A stretch of DNA of 55,268 nucleotides from a virus (taxonomy: Duplodnaviria; Caudoviricetes), in the IMG/VR virus record IMGVR_UViG_3300036832_001686, positions 1 to 55,268 of that record; one strand, given 5' to 3'. How positions within the stretch are numbered: the first letter of the stretch is position 1; each line of letters opens with the position of its first letter. The notes beneath the pieces were generated by a model. It was not told the DNA's origin and searched no databases. It worked only from the letters and a program-made list of their open reading frames with translations. Both the position numbers and the translations under genes were made by a program. Below are positions 16,763-25,826 of the stretch, one piece after another.

Positions 16763-19129
16763 ATGACTAGAGACCTCCAAGAACTCAAACTCCTGATAAC
16801 CGGGCATACGGACGCCTCGGTCGGCGCGGCCAGCGCTAAAGTCGTCGGTGAAGTCAAAAAGCTGGCAGACAGTTTGGACCGGTTGGCGGGCATCGAAAAA
16901 CAGATTGGTCAGGTCAACATTACTGTTGCCGAGGGATTCAAGAAGATGGGGACCGGCGCCAGGCAAGCCAAAGAAGAATTGACCGGCTTTGAGGCTAGCT
17001 TGAAACGAGTCAAGGAAATTGCGGCCGGCGTTTTCAGCGGCGAAGCGCTCTGGGAAGGATTCAAGACCGGGATTGAAGCGGTCAAAGAAGGCATCGGTGA
17101 AGTCGTTACCCAACTGCAAGAAGCCTCGAAAGCGGCCAGTGATTTCGAGATGGTGCAGAAAGGGATCGGGAACCTGTTACGCGATCAAGCGTATGCCAAC
17201 GCCATGATTGGCCGATTCCAAGAAGTGGCCGTCGGATCTCCCTTCCAAGCGCAAACCCTTTTGGAGACCGCCCGCTCGCTCACCGGTCGCGGCATGCAAA
17301 AGGAAATGCTCGAATCTCGGACCGAAGAGCTCGGGGATATCGTGGCGGGGCTCGGCGGCGGTCCGGATTTAATGGGCCGATTGACGCTTGCCTACGGTGA
17401 GGCTTTCAGTCAGCACCTTGTCGATAAGCGGATCATCAACCAATTCAGCAAGGCTGGTGTCAACATCATGTCCGAGCTGATGAAAGCCTACGGGCTCGAT
17501 CCGAAGTCCGACGCTGACACACAGCGCATGTATAAGATGATCCACGATAAACAGATCACCTTTACCGATATCGACAAAGCGATCTACGAGCTCACGCACA
17601 ACATGGGGCTCTATGCGGACGGTATGAAGAAGCACGCCGACACTGCTCAAGGTGTCTGGACCGGGTTCCTCGATCGGATGCTCTATATCCAGCAGGATCT
17701 CGGCGCCATCGTTAACGATATTTCCATGACGCTCTTAAGCTTGCTGGAGAAAAGCGGATTTTTGAAAGCGTTCGATACCTGGCTAAAAGGTATAAAGAGC
17801 ATGGCGGACAGTATGACCGAGCATTTCAAGCTGTTCGATGGGGGGAAGATTATCTCGTTTTTTCAGACCGTCGGAGATGGCATCCAGCAATTCATGGTGA
17901 AGCTGGGTTTGATCTCGAAAAGCGCAGAATCGAAATATCTCACTAGCGACATTTACGCCTTTGCCGGTCAACGACCGGAGACCTTCGGCAAGCAACATCC
18001 GCAACTAGGCATGGTAACGCCGGCGTGGAAACTCGGAGGGGACTTCGAATCGGCGGGGATCTTACCAGCTGCCGCAAGTCCCGCAGACAAACTGACTACC
18101 TGGTTAGATCAGCTCTCCAATATTCTGGGCAGCATTCAGACGGAGCAGGTCACAAATTTTTTAGAATGTTTGCTGACGATATCTACCGAGATCAAAACCG
18201 ATTACATCGAACCGATCTTTAAATTCTTCAAAGCTGTTGGCGATTTCGGAGATTGGTGCGCCGGACCCGGCCACGATCAAGTCATTGGTTTCTTCAACAC
18301 CATCAAAGATTTCTGGGACAAAATTGTGGGGAAACCAACGCCGATCTCGGCAGCCCGCAGCACTGTGGATATCGACCGGGAGATGGTTAACCAACGGCAA
18401 AGGGAATTGAACGATAAAATTTCAATGGGCTTGCAGAACCAAATCGAGCCCGCCAAAGCCGCTTTAACTCTTGCCCAAGACAAACTCAAAGTTGATACCG
18501 CTTTGCTGACAGTGACAGACTCACTCACAAAAGCTTTCGAAGGTCATAGCCCGGGTCTGATCCCAGCAACCGAGACTGCGACCGCTGCGCTGGATGCATT
18601 TACCCAAACGCTGCTCTCGATGCCGCTGGGTGCCGCGGCGGGCGGCTTTGGTGGTGCGGCTGGCGGCGGTGCTGGCGTCACCGAGTACGGTCCGTCGATC
18701 GATCCGCCAGGGTCTCCTAATTACGATTACAACTCCTATCACCGCATTGGGGCGTGGCCCGGAGTGACTGGTCCGCTTCAGCCCGGCGATGTCGCGCTTG
18801 GCTACGGCGCCCAAGCTCATTACGGGGTGCAGCCAGGGCAATGGTTCACTGACGATCAAGGGCGCCACGTTCGGTTCGCCGATCGCAGCGGAAGCAAGAA
18901 TCCGATGAATGAGGACATCTTCCGGCTTGCGGCTGGCGGCATCGTGCGTCGACCGACGACTGCGCTGATCGGCGAATCCGGACCGGAAGCGGTGGTCCCG
19001 CTGCGTGGTGCCGGCGCCATCGGTCACACCATCAACGTGACGGTCAACGGCTATGGGGATGGCGAACAGATCGCGGAGATGGTCCGCCGCGTTTTGGAAG
19101 AGGAAACGGAACGAACCGGTTCAGTCTGA
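16763..19129 (+). CDS. Tape measure protein with C-terminal 3D(DPBB)-like domain
   Basis: SPFQ, LGDIVAG, INQFSKAGVNI and AAGGIVRRPTTALIGESGPEAVVPL; VTEYG...DVALG...FADRSGS...EDIF. Confidence 0.92.
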   Translation: MTRDLQELKLLITGHTDASVGAASAKVVGEVKKLADSLDRLAGIEKQIGQVNITVAEGFKKMGTGARQAKEELTGFEASLKRVKEIAAGVFSGEALWEGFKTGIEAVKEGIGEVVTQLQEASKAASDFEMVQKGIGNLLRDQAYANAMIGRFQEVAVGSPFQAQTLLETARSLTGRGMQKEMLESRTEELGDIVAGLGGGPDLMGRLTLAYGEAFSQHLVDKRIINQFSKAGVNIMSELMKAYGLDPKSDADTQRMYKMIHDKQITFTDIDKAIYELTHNMGLYADGMKKHADTAQGVWTGFLDRMLYIQQDLGAIVNDISMTLLSLLEKSGFLKAFDTWLKGIKSMADSMTEHFKLFDGGKIISFFQTVGDGIQQFMVKLGLISKSAESKYLTSDIYAFAGQRPETFGKQHPQLGMVTPAWKLGGDFESAGILPAAASPADKLTTWLDQLSNILGSIQTEQVTNFLECLLTISTEIKTDYIEPIFKFFKAVGDFGDWCAGPGHDQVIGFFNTIKDFWDKIVGKPTPISAARSTVDIDREMVNQRQRELNDKISMGLQNQIEPAKAALTLAQDKLKVDTALLTVTDSLTKAFEGHSPGLIPATETATAALDAFTQTLLSMPLGAAAGGFGGAAGGGAGVTEYGPSIDPPGSPNYDYNSYHRIGAWPGVTGPLQPGDVALGYGAQAHYGVQPGQWFTDDQGRHVRFADRSGSKNPMNEDIFRLAAGGIVRRPTTALIGESGPEAVVPLRGAGAIGHTINVTVNGYGDGEQIAEMVRRVLEEETERTGSV

Positions 19130-19134
19130 AAGCC

Positions 19135-19755
19135 GTGATGAGTTTGCCGTGCATTGCTTTATCCGAGATCGCGCAAGGCCGGCCTTACCCAATGGGCCCG
19201 GCTTTTAGGTGGGTTTACGAAGATGGCGGACTATCTCGGGAGCAACTCGATATCCTCCTAACCGTGGCCATGCTCCGTCAGCCGGAAACGATTTTAGAGG
19301 TCGGGACTTTCATGGGTCAGACCACCTACGCTTTGGCCGTTGCTTTACCAAAGGCTCATATCTTTACGGTCGATCTGCCTTTAGGGGCGACCGTAGAAGA
19401 TGCTCCCGGCCAGGATAAGCACCTCGTTGAGCGGCGGGATGTCGGGCGGGCGTTTCGCGGGAGTGGATGCGCGGAGCGTATTACCCAATATTTAGAGGAT
19501 ACTCTAACTTGGAATTTTAAGGGGATCGGCTCACCGGATTTTTTCTTTATCGACGGAGCGCATACTTATGAAGCTTGCCGGAACGATTCCGAAAAATCTT
19601 TAGCCCGGGCCACGCCTGGCTCGGTTTTTATTTGGCACGATTACGACGAGCGCCACCCGGGCGTGGTTAGGGTATTAAATGAGTGGCGACAACGGTTAAA
19701 CCGGAACGTGCGGCAATTAGCCGGGACGCCGTTTGCCTATTGGGTCTACTCCTAA
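19135..19755 (+). CDS. Class I SAM-dependent methyltransferase (Methyltransf_24-like)
   Basis: ILEVGTFMGQT, FFIDGAHTYE and WHDY motifs. Confidence 0.88.
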   Translation: MMSLPCIALSEIAQGRPYPMGPAFRWVYEDGGLSREQLDILLTVAMLRQPETILEVGTFMGQTTYALAVALPKAHIFTVDLPLGATVEDAPGQDKHLVERRDVGRAFRGSGCAERITQYLEDTLTWNFKGIGSPDFFFIDGAHTYEACRNDSEKSLARATPGSVFIWHDYDERHPGVVRVLNEWRQRLNRNVRQLAGTPFAYWVYS

Positions 19756-19762
19756 TCGTCAT

Positions 19763-20458
19763 TCATATCGGCAGGACGGGCGCATAGCCGTAATTAGCGG
19801 GCGCGTGAAACTTCTGCAGAGTGCAACTCAATTCTGGTCGGAAAATTAGTTTGCCGCCGGCTTTCTTGAACGCCCAGCAATAGTGCGGATCTTCGCCCCG
19901 AATATCTGGATAGGGAACATTCAAACAGAAGCCAGGCCAATTAATGATGTGCTGGTTACCGGATAAATAAAGGTCACGCGCCCAGCGAGGCGAAGCCCAG
20001 GACTCATACGGCACGCAGAACGGGTGACCGTCAGTCTGGAAGCAACAAACATCGTACCAGCGTTTACCGTCGCTATTGAATGTTCGCCCGCTTAAGAGCA
20101 CGGGTCCCTGGTAACGGATCAATTCGAGTTGCTCAAAAAAATCGTCCGCTGGCAGTGCATCTTCGTCGCCGAACCAAATCCACTCTGGATACGGCGGCAA
20201 CTGATTCTGGATATAAAGCTGGATGGCGCATCGCAGTCGTTCGCGGTTCCGGCCGGTTGCATCATGCGAATCCGGACCTTCCCAAGAATTGATATGAACT
20301 AGCTTGGGCGAACGAATGAAAAAGTTTGCGTGCAAATACCGATTCCGGGGAGTCAATATCCAGACCTTGGTCACTTGAGGAGCCAAAACAATCTTAGTGA
20401 CTACCCGTTCCGACATCGCGGTCAAACCGGTGCCGGCGAGAATGGCGACGTAGATCAT
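19763..20458 (-). CDS. Glycosyltransferase, GT2/GT-A-like
   Basis: WIWFGDED (DxD) and GEDPHYCWAFKKAGGKLIFRP. Start taken at ATG 20458. Confidence 0.7.
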   Translation of the reverse strand: MIYVAILAGTGLTAMSERVVTKIVLAPQVTKVWILTPRNRYLHANFFIRSPKLVHINSWEGPDSHDATGRNRERLRCAIQLYIQNQLPPYPEWIWFGDEDALPADDFFEQLELIRYQGPVLLSGRTFNSDGKRWYDVCCFQTDGHPFCVPYESWASPRWARDLYLSGNQHIINWPGFCLNVPYPDIRGEDPHYCWAFKKAGGKLIFRPELSCTLQKFHAPANYGYAPVLPI

Positions 20459-20503
20459 AATAGTTTGAAAAACATCTTGCGTTTTCAAATAAGGATTGTA
20501 TAC

Positions 20504-20875
20504 ATGCGAATGAGAAAAATACTATTGGTTCTATCGAGCATGGCTGGTCTAACGATGGCGGCTCATGCTCAAAACTACGTTACCGGTAGCGGTAACGATT
20601 GGTGGAAACATCTAGAGGATCCAACGCCCGCTCCTGTACAAGTCCAAGGTTACTCCGACGCTGAAAAGGCTTTCAATGCCAATTGGATGAAAATTGCCAA
20701 AGCAAAAGGTTGGATCAGCAAAAATGATCACTGGAGTGATGTCAGCCAAGAACAACGCGAACGAGTGCATGCTTGGTTTTTGGAAGCGCAAGCCCACAAG
20801 CAAGACGCTTTGGACAGCTACAACCGCTTCAACCACACGCACTACAAAAGCTTGGACGAAATTCCTGAGGAATAA
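20504..20875 (+). CDS. Secreted hypothetical protein
   Basis: Signal peptide MRKILLVLSSMAGLTMAAHA-Q. Confidence 0.7.
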   Translation: MRMRKILLVLSSMAGLTMAAHAQNYVTGSGNDWWKHLEDPTPAPVQVQGYSDAEKAFNANWMKIAKAKGWISKNDHWSDVSQEQRERVHAWFLEAQAHKQDALDSYNRFNHTHYKSLDEIPEE

Positions 20876-20877
20876 AA

Positions 20878-21150
20878 ATGGGTGAACCAAAGCCACGAGG
20901 TGGCCACCGTGCAGGTAGTGGCCGCAAACGGCTAGGGCACGTAGCGTTGACGTTGTATCTGCTACCTGAAGTGGTGGCGGATATTCGCCAAGCTGCGGCG
21001 GAAGCTGGGGTTAGCCCTAGTAAGCTGATTGAGGCGATTTGGAATGCGCGGAGTAGGACTGTCATATTAATAGCAGCCAGTGGTGGAGCTTCGGATAATC
21101 AAACCATCCTGGAATATAAAGCCGAGCGTATCGGTGGTAATACAATTTAG
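20878..21150 (+). CDS. Ribbon-helix-helix (CopG-like) regulator
   Basis: RGGHRAGSGRK followed by LTLYLLPEVVADIRQAAAEAGVSPSKLIE. Confidence 0.65.
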   Translation: MGEPKPRGGHRAGSGRKRLGHVALTLYLLPEVVADIRQAAAEAGVSPSKLIEAIWNARSRTVILIAASGGASDNQTILEYKAERIGGNTI

Positions 21151-21739
21151 CGGTGATGCCGCCGATGCTCTCGATCAGATGATAAAAGCAGCTGTCTATG
21201 CAATGGATCTCTTCCATTTGGCGCAATAACGAAACAAAGCCGAGAATGGAACCACCGCGCTCCACCGGACGATAAATCGCTTTGTCCTCGATCCCTTGAT
21301 TAATGAGAAAGCCTCTAGCCGGATCATCATGCACGAAGACTTCGCATTCGATCTTGAGTTGCGGGATAAGCTCGGCCGCTTTTTCCAAAGGAGAGACTAA
21401 CCAGCGCACCGTGTAGGGAATGCCCAGTTGCCGGTAGAACACTACCGGAAACGAAATGTCACTGTGGACTTGGGGATCCGCATAAAAGCCGGTGCGCAAG
21501 ATCGGTCCGTCCACCGATCTGACTAGCTCGCTTTCCGGCGGGATCCCATAGCTATGAGTTCCACGTGGAACAGGGACGACGTAAACACCGGGATACCCGA
21601 CGAAAAAAGAGCGTACACTGGTCTCGTGATGGGCATAGCAGAAGATCCGGACACTGCCGAATTCTTGGGCCAACGTGACGATTGCTCCTGAGAGCAAGAT
21701 TAAGTCGCCTAACCCAATGTGAGAGAAGAGCGTGACCAT
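21062..21739 (-). CDS. GT-B/GT9-like glycosyltransferase
   Basis: HIGLGDLILLSG and EIHCIDSCFYHL motifs. Confidence 0.65.
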   Translation of the reverse strand: MVTLFSHIGLGDLILLSGAIVTLAQEFGSVRIFCYAHHETSVRSFFVGYPGVYVVPVPRGTHSYGIPPESELVRSVDGPILRTGFYADPQVHSDISFPVVFYRQLGIPYTVRWLVSPLEKAAELIPQLKIECEVFVHDDPARGFLINQGIEDKAIYRPVERGGSILGFVSLLRQMEEIHCIDSCFYHLIESIGGITAKLYYHRYARLYIPGWFDYPKLHHWLLLI

Positions 21740-21750
21740 TGAATCTCCCG

Positions 21751-21757
21751 GTAAGTA
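21751..21757 (+). promoter_or_regulatory. GTAAGTA late motif
   Basis: 7 nt before GTG 21765. Confidence 0.7.
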
Positions 21758-21764
21758 AATCGGA

Positions 21765-21986
21765 GTGTCATTTTTTACTTACCAGAGTGTTGGCGGTGAG
21801 ATGTGGGATCAGATCGCGCTCAAGATCTACGGCTCGGAACGTTATACGAACGTCTTAATGCGAGCCAACCCGACCTTAGCCAGTGTGATCACCTTCGATG
21901 CCGGGATCCCTTTAATCGTGCCGGTGGTCAATGTGAGCTCCAATATCTCGGTCACACCCTGGACCCAAATCCTTTCCGCCGGATGA
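21765..21986 (+). CDS. Tail protein X (LysM-like)
   Basis: GEMWDQIALKIYGSE...LMRANP...FDAGIPLIVP. Confidence 0.92.
   Translation: MSFFTYQSVGGEMWDQIALKIYGSERYTNVLMRANPTLASVITFDAGIPLIVPVVNVSSNISVTPWTQILSAG
21776..21782 (-). promoter_or_regulatory. GTAAGTA late motif on the minus strand
   Basis: TACTTAC on the plus strand, 36 nt before the ATG of the minus-strand glycosyltransferase (21739). Confidence 0.5.
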
Positions 21987-22924
21987 ATATTCTCGGTCCA
22001 GCTTTGCAAGGTCTCGTCTCCGAGACGCGCTATGTCTATATCGCTTTCAATGTGCAAGGCATGGACGCCACCGTGGATTTTAATGCTTCGCTGGTCTCTT
22101 TCACCTACCGCGAAGGGATCGAAGTGGGTAAAGAGCCGGCCAATACCGCCGCTGTCGTTTTAGCAGATCCGGAGAGCTTAATCCGCACAAAGTACCGGAT
22201 GGCGGCTGGGCAAACCGTCGGCATCACCTTGAACTCCTTCAATTGGAATTATCCTGGCGAAAAGCTGTCCCGGCCGCTCGGTTACATGGAAATCAAGACC
22301 TACGGGGTCCGCCAGGACAAGCAATCCGGGACCGTCGTCGAGTTTTCCTTAACCACAATTCCCACCACTAGCGACGTACGCTTGACCAAAGCGTCCAAGG
22401 CTTACGAGAACACCACTCTCAAAGCGATCGCCCAGGACGTCGCGAACACGAACCATCTGAAGCTCCAGTTTATGGCGCCGGACCAACCGGAATCGCGCGC
22501 CGACGAGCACAACCATTCCGACATGAAACTGCTTCAGAAGCTGGGCACCCAGCACGATTACCTGGTCCGGACCGAGAACGGCACGCTTTATGTCCAATCC
22601 TATTCGCAACTGGAACAGTCCGCCCCCCAACACACTCTCGTATGTCCTACTCCTGGTAATGTTGGCGGCATCGATAATAAAGGCGGCGTCACTCACTGGG
22701 CATTCAAAGAAGCCTTGGAAGACGCTTATTCGCAGTCCCAGGTCGCGATCAAAGATAACCGGACCGGTAAGACGGTCGCGGCCACCGCTAAGAAAGCCGC
22801 GAGCGCGACTACTAATCCCGGCACTGGGCCAAAGCTGATCTTGAATTCCGGCTACACGGATCCGGACTTTGCTGTTCAGCCATTCAACGTCAGTACCCAA
22901 CTCACGCTCACCCCTGGACAATGA
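21983..22924 (+). CDS. Baseplate hub (P2 gpD-like), N-terminal part
   Basis: LVSFTYRE, KAYENTTLKAIAQDVA and SDMKLLQKLG. Start ATG 21983 overlaps the gpX stop. Confidence 0.85.
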   Translation: MNILGPALQGLVSETRYVYIAFNVQGMDATVDFNASLVSFTYREGIEVGKEPANTAAVVLADPESLIRTKYRMAAGQTVGITLNSFNWNYPGEKLSRPLGYMEIKTYGVRQDKQSGTVVEFSLTTIPTTSDVRLTKASKAYENTTLKAIAQDVANTNHLKLQFMAPDQPESRADEHNHSDMKLLQKLGTQHDYLVRTENGTLYVQSYSQLEQSAPQHTLVCPTPGNVGGIDNKGGVTHWAFKEALEDAYSQSQVAIKDNRTGKTVAATAKKAASATTNPGTGPKLILNSGYTDPDFAVQPFNVSTQLTLTPGQ

Positions 22925-23523
22925 ACGGCGGAACTCCTGGACTTCCTGATGTCAGTTTATCAGCACCTGGCTTGCCGAATGTGGAGCATTTCGACGCCAC
23001 CAAAGCCAGTGATCTCTCGATCAAGCCGATTGTTCCCGAAACCCATCAAGTGCTCCCGCTTAAACCGAAGGTCACCCCACAGAATAAGCAGGAAACCAAG
23101 CAAGCTCGCCAGGCTAAGGCGCAAGCCACCGCCATTAATAAGCTCCAACAGAAAAACCGCAAATCGCACACCTTCACGATTGTGATTCCTTTTAATCCAG
23201 TGGTGCAGGCCGGTGTCGTTTACAAGCTGACCGGCTTTACCCCAGACGCGGACACAGACACCTGGTTGCTCTACGACGTCGCTCACCGGGTACAAGGTAA
23301 GAGCGGCAGCATCACCACCATGCAATTTCACCATGCTGCCTCCAACGTGGCCACGCCAGGACCGGCCACCTTGCCGGTTAACCGCAAACCGATCACGCCG
23401 GCAACCAGTGCACCGGCGCCAAGTGCTCCCTATGAGCTCCCGCCTATCTCGGTCACACCGATTGCCGGCAGTGTCCCGGTCGGTTCCGGTTCCGGCGGTT
23501 TAACGCTTACCCCATTAACCTAA
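22921..23523 (+). CDS. Baseplate hub (gpD-like) C-terminal domain as a separate gene, with Pro/Thr-rich ends
   Basis: FNPVVQAGVVYKLTGF...WLLYDVAHRV...GSITT matches the gpD C-terminal pattern. Confidence 0.7.
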   Translation: MNGGTPGLPDVSLSAPGLPNVEHFDATKASDLSIKPIVPETHQVLPLKPKVTPQNKQETKQARQAKAQATAINKLQQKNRKSHTFTIVIPFNPVVQAGVVYKLTGFTPDADTDTWLLYDVAHRVQGKSGSITTMQFHHAASNVATPGPATLPVNRKPITPATSAPAPSAPYELPPISVTPIAGSVPVGSGSGGLTLTPLT

Positions 23524-24212
23524 TGCAGCAATACACCGATTACGGCTCCCACGGATTCGATGTCACGGCCGAGAATCTGATCCGGTGCGGCACCATCAGC
23601 GATCGCCGGATGACCTCTTACGGTCCAGAAGTCCGCGTTGATTACGATGATCGTGGTGTCACCAGCGCCTGGCTCCCAGTGGCTCAACACGGTTCCAGCG
23701 GGACAAGCATGCACTGGTGTCCGCGTGTTGGCGACAATGTGACTGTCTTGCATTACCCGACCAGGATTGAGCAAGGCGTCGTTCTCTGTTCAACCGCCAC
23801 CGAGAACAACCCGGCATTCTGTCCGCGCTCAATCAACGCCGTGGCCTGTCAGCATTCGGACGGTTCCTACATGGAATATGACCCGGATGCCCAATGCTTT
23901 TCCATGTTAGGCGTTGGCAGCATTTATCTGCACGCCAACGGCGACTACACCATGTATGCCGGCGGTAACGTGATTAAATCCATCGGCGGTAAGCTCACCA
24001 TTACCACGGGAGGAAAGATCGACATTACTGCGGGTGGCCAGATCACGGTCAAAGGTGATCCGATGATTCAGCTCAACGGGGTACAGATCAACACCAACGG
24101 TGACGTATTGATTCCAGGCAAGCTGACGGTCGACGGTCAAACCCTGTTGCAAGGCGGCGGCACGGCCACACCTAGCCTTAAAAACAGCGACGGATCGGGA
24201 GGTGGAAGCTGA
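23523..24212 (+). CDS. Baseplate spike (P2 gpV-like)
   Basis: LIRCGTI, TSAWLPV, PRVGDNV and DGSYMEYD, followed by beta-helix repeats. Confidence 0.92.
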   Translation: MQQYTDYGSHGFDVTAENLIRCGTISDRRMTSYGPEVRVDYDDRGVTSAWLPVAQHGSSGTSMHWCPRVGDNVTVLHYPTRIEQGVVLCSTATENNPAFCPRSINAVACQHSDGSYMEYDPDAQCFSMLGVGSIYLHANGDYTMYAGGNVIKSIGGKLTITTGGKIDITAGGQITVKGDPMIQLNGVQINTNGDVLIPGKLTVDGQTLLQGGGTATPSLKNSDGSGGGS

Positions 24213-24832
24213 TGATGGTCGGAATCTACGGCGCTATTCCTTTTGTGGGCGGATTCGGTACCGCAACACCGGTCCAGGAGATCAGCAAGAAACGCAGTGA
24301 AACCTACGCCAGGCATCAGCTGATCAACGGTCTGGATCTGATCGAATCGACCGGCTCGAAACCCATCGAGCTGGATTTCAAAATGCATTTCTGCGCTCCC
24401 TTCACCCTGGATCCGGCGGTGAGTATCTCGATGATTGAAGGCGCGCAAGCCGCTAAAATTCCAATGCCGTTGATGTTCAATGATTGCCCGGTCGGGCGCG
24501 GTCTTCTAACCATGTTTGTAATCGAGGAAGTCGGTTCACAGATGACCAAATGGACCTTCGGCAATCTGGCGGTTTGCTCGATCAATATCCGCTTACTGGA
24601 GTACTCCAACCCGCTAGCCATTGCCGGTCCGTTAAACGCGCTCTTAGGCGCTGGCGCAAACTTTATCAGTGGCCTAGGGGCTGGCATCGCCTCCGGTATC
24701 ACGAGCGCCGTGGGCGGGCTACCTGGGCCCTTCGGCAGTGCCGTAGCCAACGGGATTATTGGCATCACGGCCGCGGCACCGGCCACCATTGCCTCCGCTC
24801 AAAGTGCCGCCTTAGCTCTTACCGGACGTTAG
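24212..24832 (+). CDS. Tail protein (P2 gpU-like)
   Basis: YARHQLING...ESTG...IRLLEY, with an Ala/Gly-rich extension. Confidence 0.85.
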   Translation: MMVGIYGAIPFVGGFGTATPVQEISKKRSETYARHQLINGLDLIESTGSKPIELDFKMHFCAPFTLDPAVSISMIEGAQAAKIPMPLMFNDCPVGRGLLTMFVIEEVGSQMTKWTFGNLAVCSINIRLLEYSNPLAIAGPLNALLGAGANFISGLGAGIASGITSAVGGLPGPFGSAVANGIIGITAAAPATIASAQSAALALTGR

Positions 24833-25308
24833 TGTTCTCCAGGTTGGGAGTGGTAAAAAGGAATGTTTTTGCGTCTGTTTTGAGTTTGGGTCTTTTTATC
24901 AGCCCATCGAATATTCCAGGGGTAATAGCCTTCCCAAGGATTGATTCTATCTAGGGTCATTCCTTTAGGGCGATTGCCTATAAGATTTAAGACTCCCCGT
25001 ATAAAAATTTCTCCTTTACGCCATGATTCCCATATGGTGACAGGCGGATTTAGCCCGCCATACTCTGTATAACTTTTCGCCTTAGGATTGCAGCATCGTT
25101 GCGTCATGGCGTCCCAAAGCAAGTACAAAGGATGAAAACTCAAACCGTGTTTGTAACCGTACTTATGACCTTTCCCAAGCTGATTGCCTTTCGGAAATGG
25201 ATTATAAACGCGACCCATTCTACGTGGATTATTGAGCGGTTCACGTTTTCTTGCGGCACTCAAACTCGCACAGATTTCTGGTGTTCGGACGTAAACTCCT
25301 GAGGGCAT
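24829..25308 (-). CDS. Free-standing HNH homing endonuclease
   Basis: LYLLWDAMTQRCCNP...YGG...TLDRINP...NIRWA...QTQNRR. AT-rich and antisense to the tail operon. Confidence 0.88.
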   Translation of the reverse strand: MPSGVYVRTPEICASLSAARKREPLNNPRRMGRVYNPFPKGNQLGKGHKYGYKHGLSFHPLYLLWDAMTQRCCNPKAKSYTEYGGLNPPVTIWESWRKGEIFIRGVLNLIGNRPKGMTLDRINPWEGYYPWNIRWADKKTQTQNRRKNIPFYHSQPGEH

Positions 25309-25317
25309 ATATTTGCG

Positions 25318-25324
25318 GTAAGTA
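25318..25324 (+). promoter_or_regulatory. GTAAGTA late motif
   Basis: 10 nt before ATG 25335. Confidence 0.7.
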
Positions 25325-25334
25325 ACTATCAGAA

Positions 25335-25814
25335 ATGCCAAAGACCTATTCTGATATTCGGCTTCTGGTAAACAATGTAAAATTTTTTGTAGATGGCAAT
25401 TTTCAATTCAATATGTCAGCGCCAGCGAACTCGGTCGAATCCGTTGTACAGAATGTACTTAATATTCTGGATACGAAACTCGGCACCCAACCGCTCCAGC
25501 GCAGTTTCGGCCTGGATCAATCCTGGATCGGTTTACCCGGCAATTTAGGCACCTTGCAAGCCCAAGTCGCCATGGTGCTAGCCATCTCCATTTGGGAACC
25601 GCGCTTTTCGGCGACGAAGATCCAGTTCAGCCTGAACACCTCCGACATTCTCCAAGGCGTTTACTCCGTTTTTATCGAGGGGGTGGTCAACCTCGATCTG
25701 ATGATTACCCAACAGCTCTTTAGTGGTCCAGCTAACGCGCCGGTCTGGGTACTGGATGCGCCCTTCGACGGCACGAGCATCCCAACCGCGCAACAGGAGA
25801 CACTCACGCTCTAG
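25335..25814 (+). CDS. Baseplate wedge protein gpW/gp25-like
   Basis: VVQNVLNILDTKLGTQPLQRSFG...WEPR. Confidence 0.92.
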   Translation: MPKTYSDIRLLVNNVKFFVDGNFQFNMSAPANSVESVVQNVLNILDTKLGTQPLQRSFGLDQSWIGLPGNLGTLQAQVAMVLAISIWEPRFSATKIQFSLNTSDILQGVYSVFIEGVVNLDLMITQQLFSGPANAPVWVLDAPFDGTSIPTAQQETLTL

Positions 25815-25820
25815 TAAGTA
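25814..25820 (+). promoter_or_regulatory. GTAAGTA late motif
   Basis: 6 nt before ATG 25827. Confidence 0.7.
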
Positions 25821-25826
25821 CAAACG

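Noticed and set aside
6941-25820. GTAAGT as a splice donor or Shine-Dalgarno site
   Set aside because: The context is a bacterial phage, the motif does not complement the anti-SD, and the 23-36 nt spacings do not fit an RBS.
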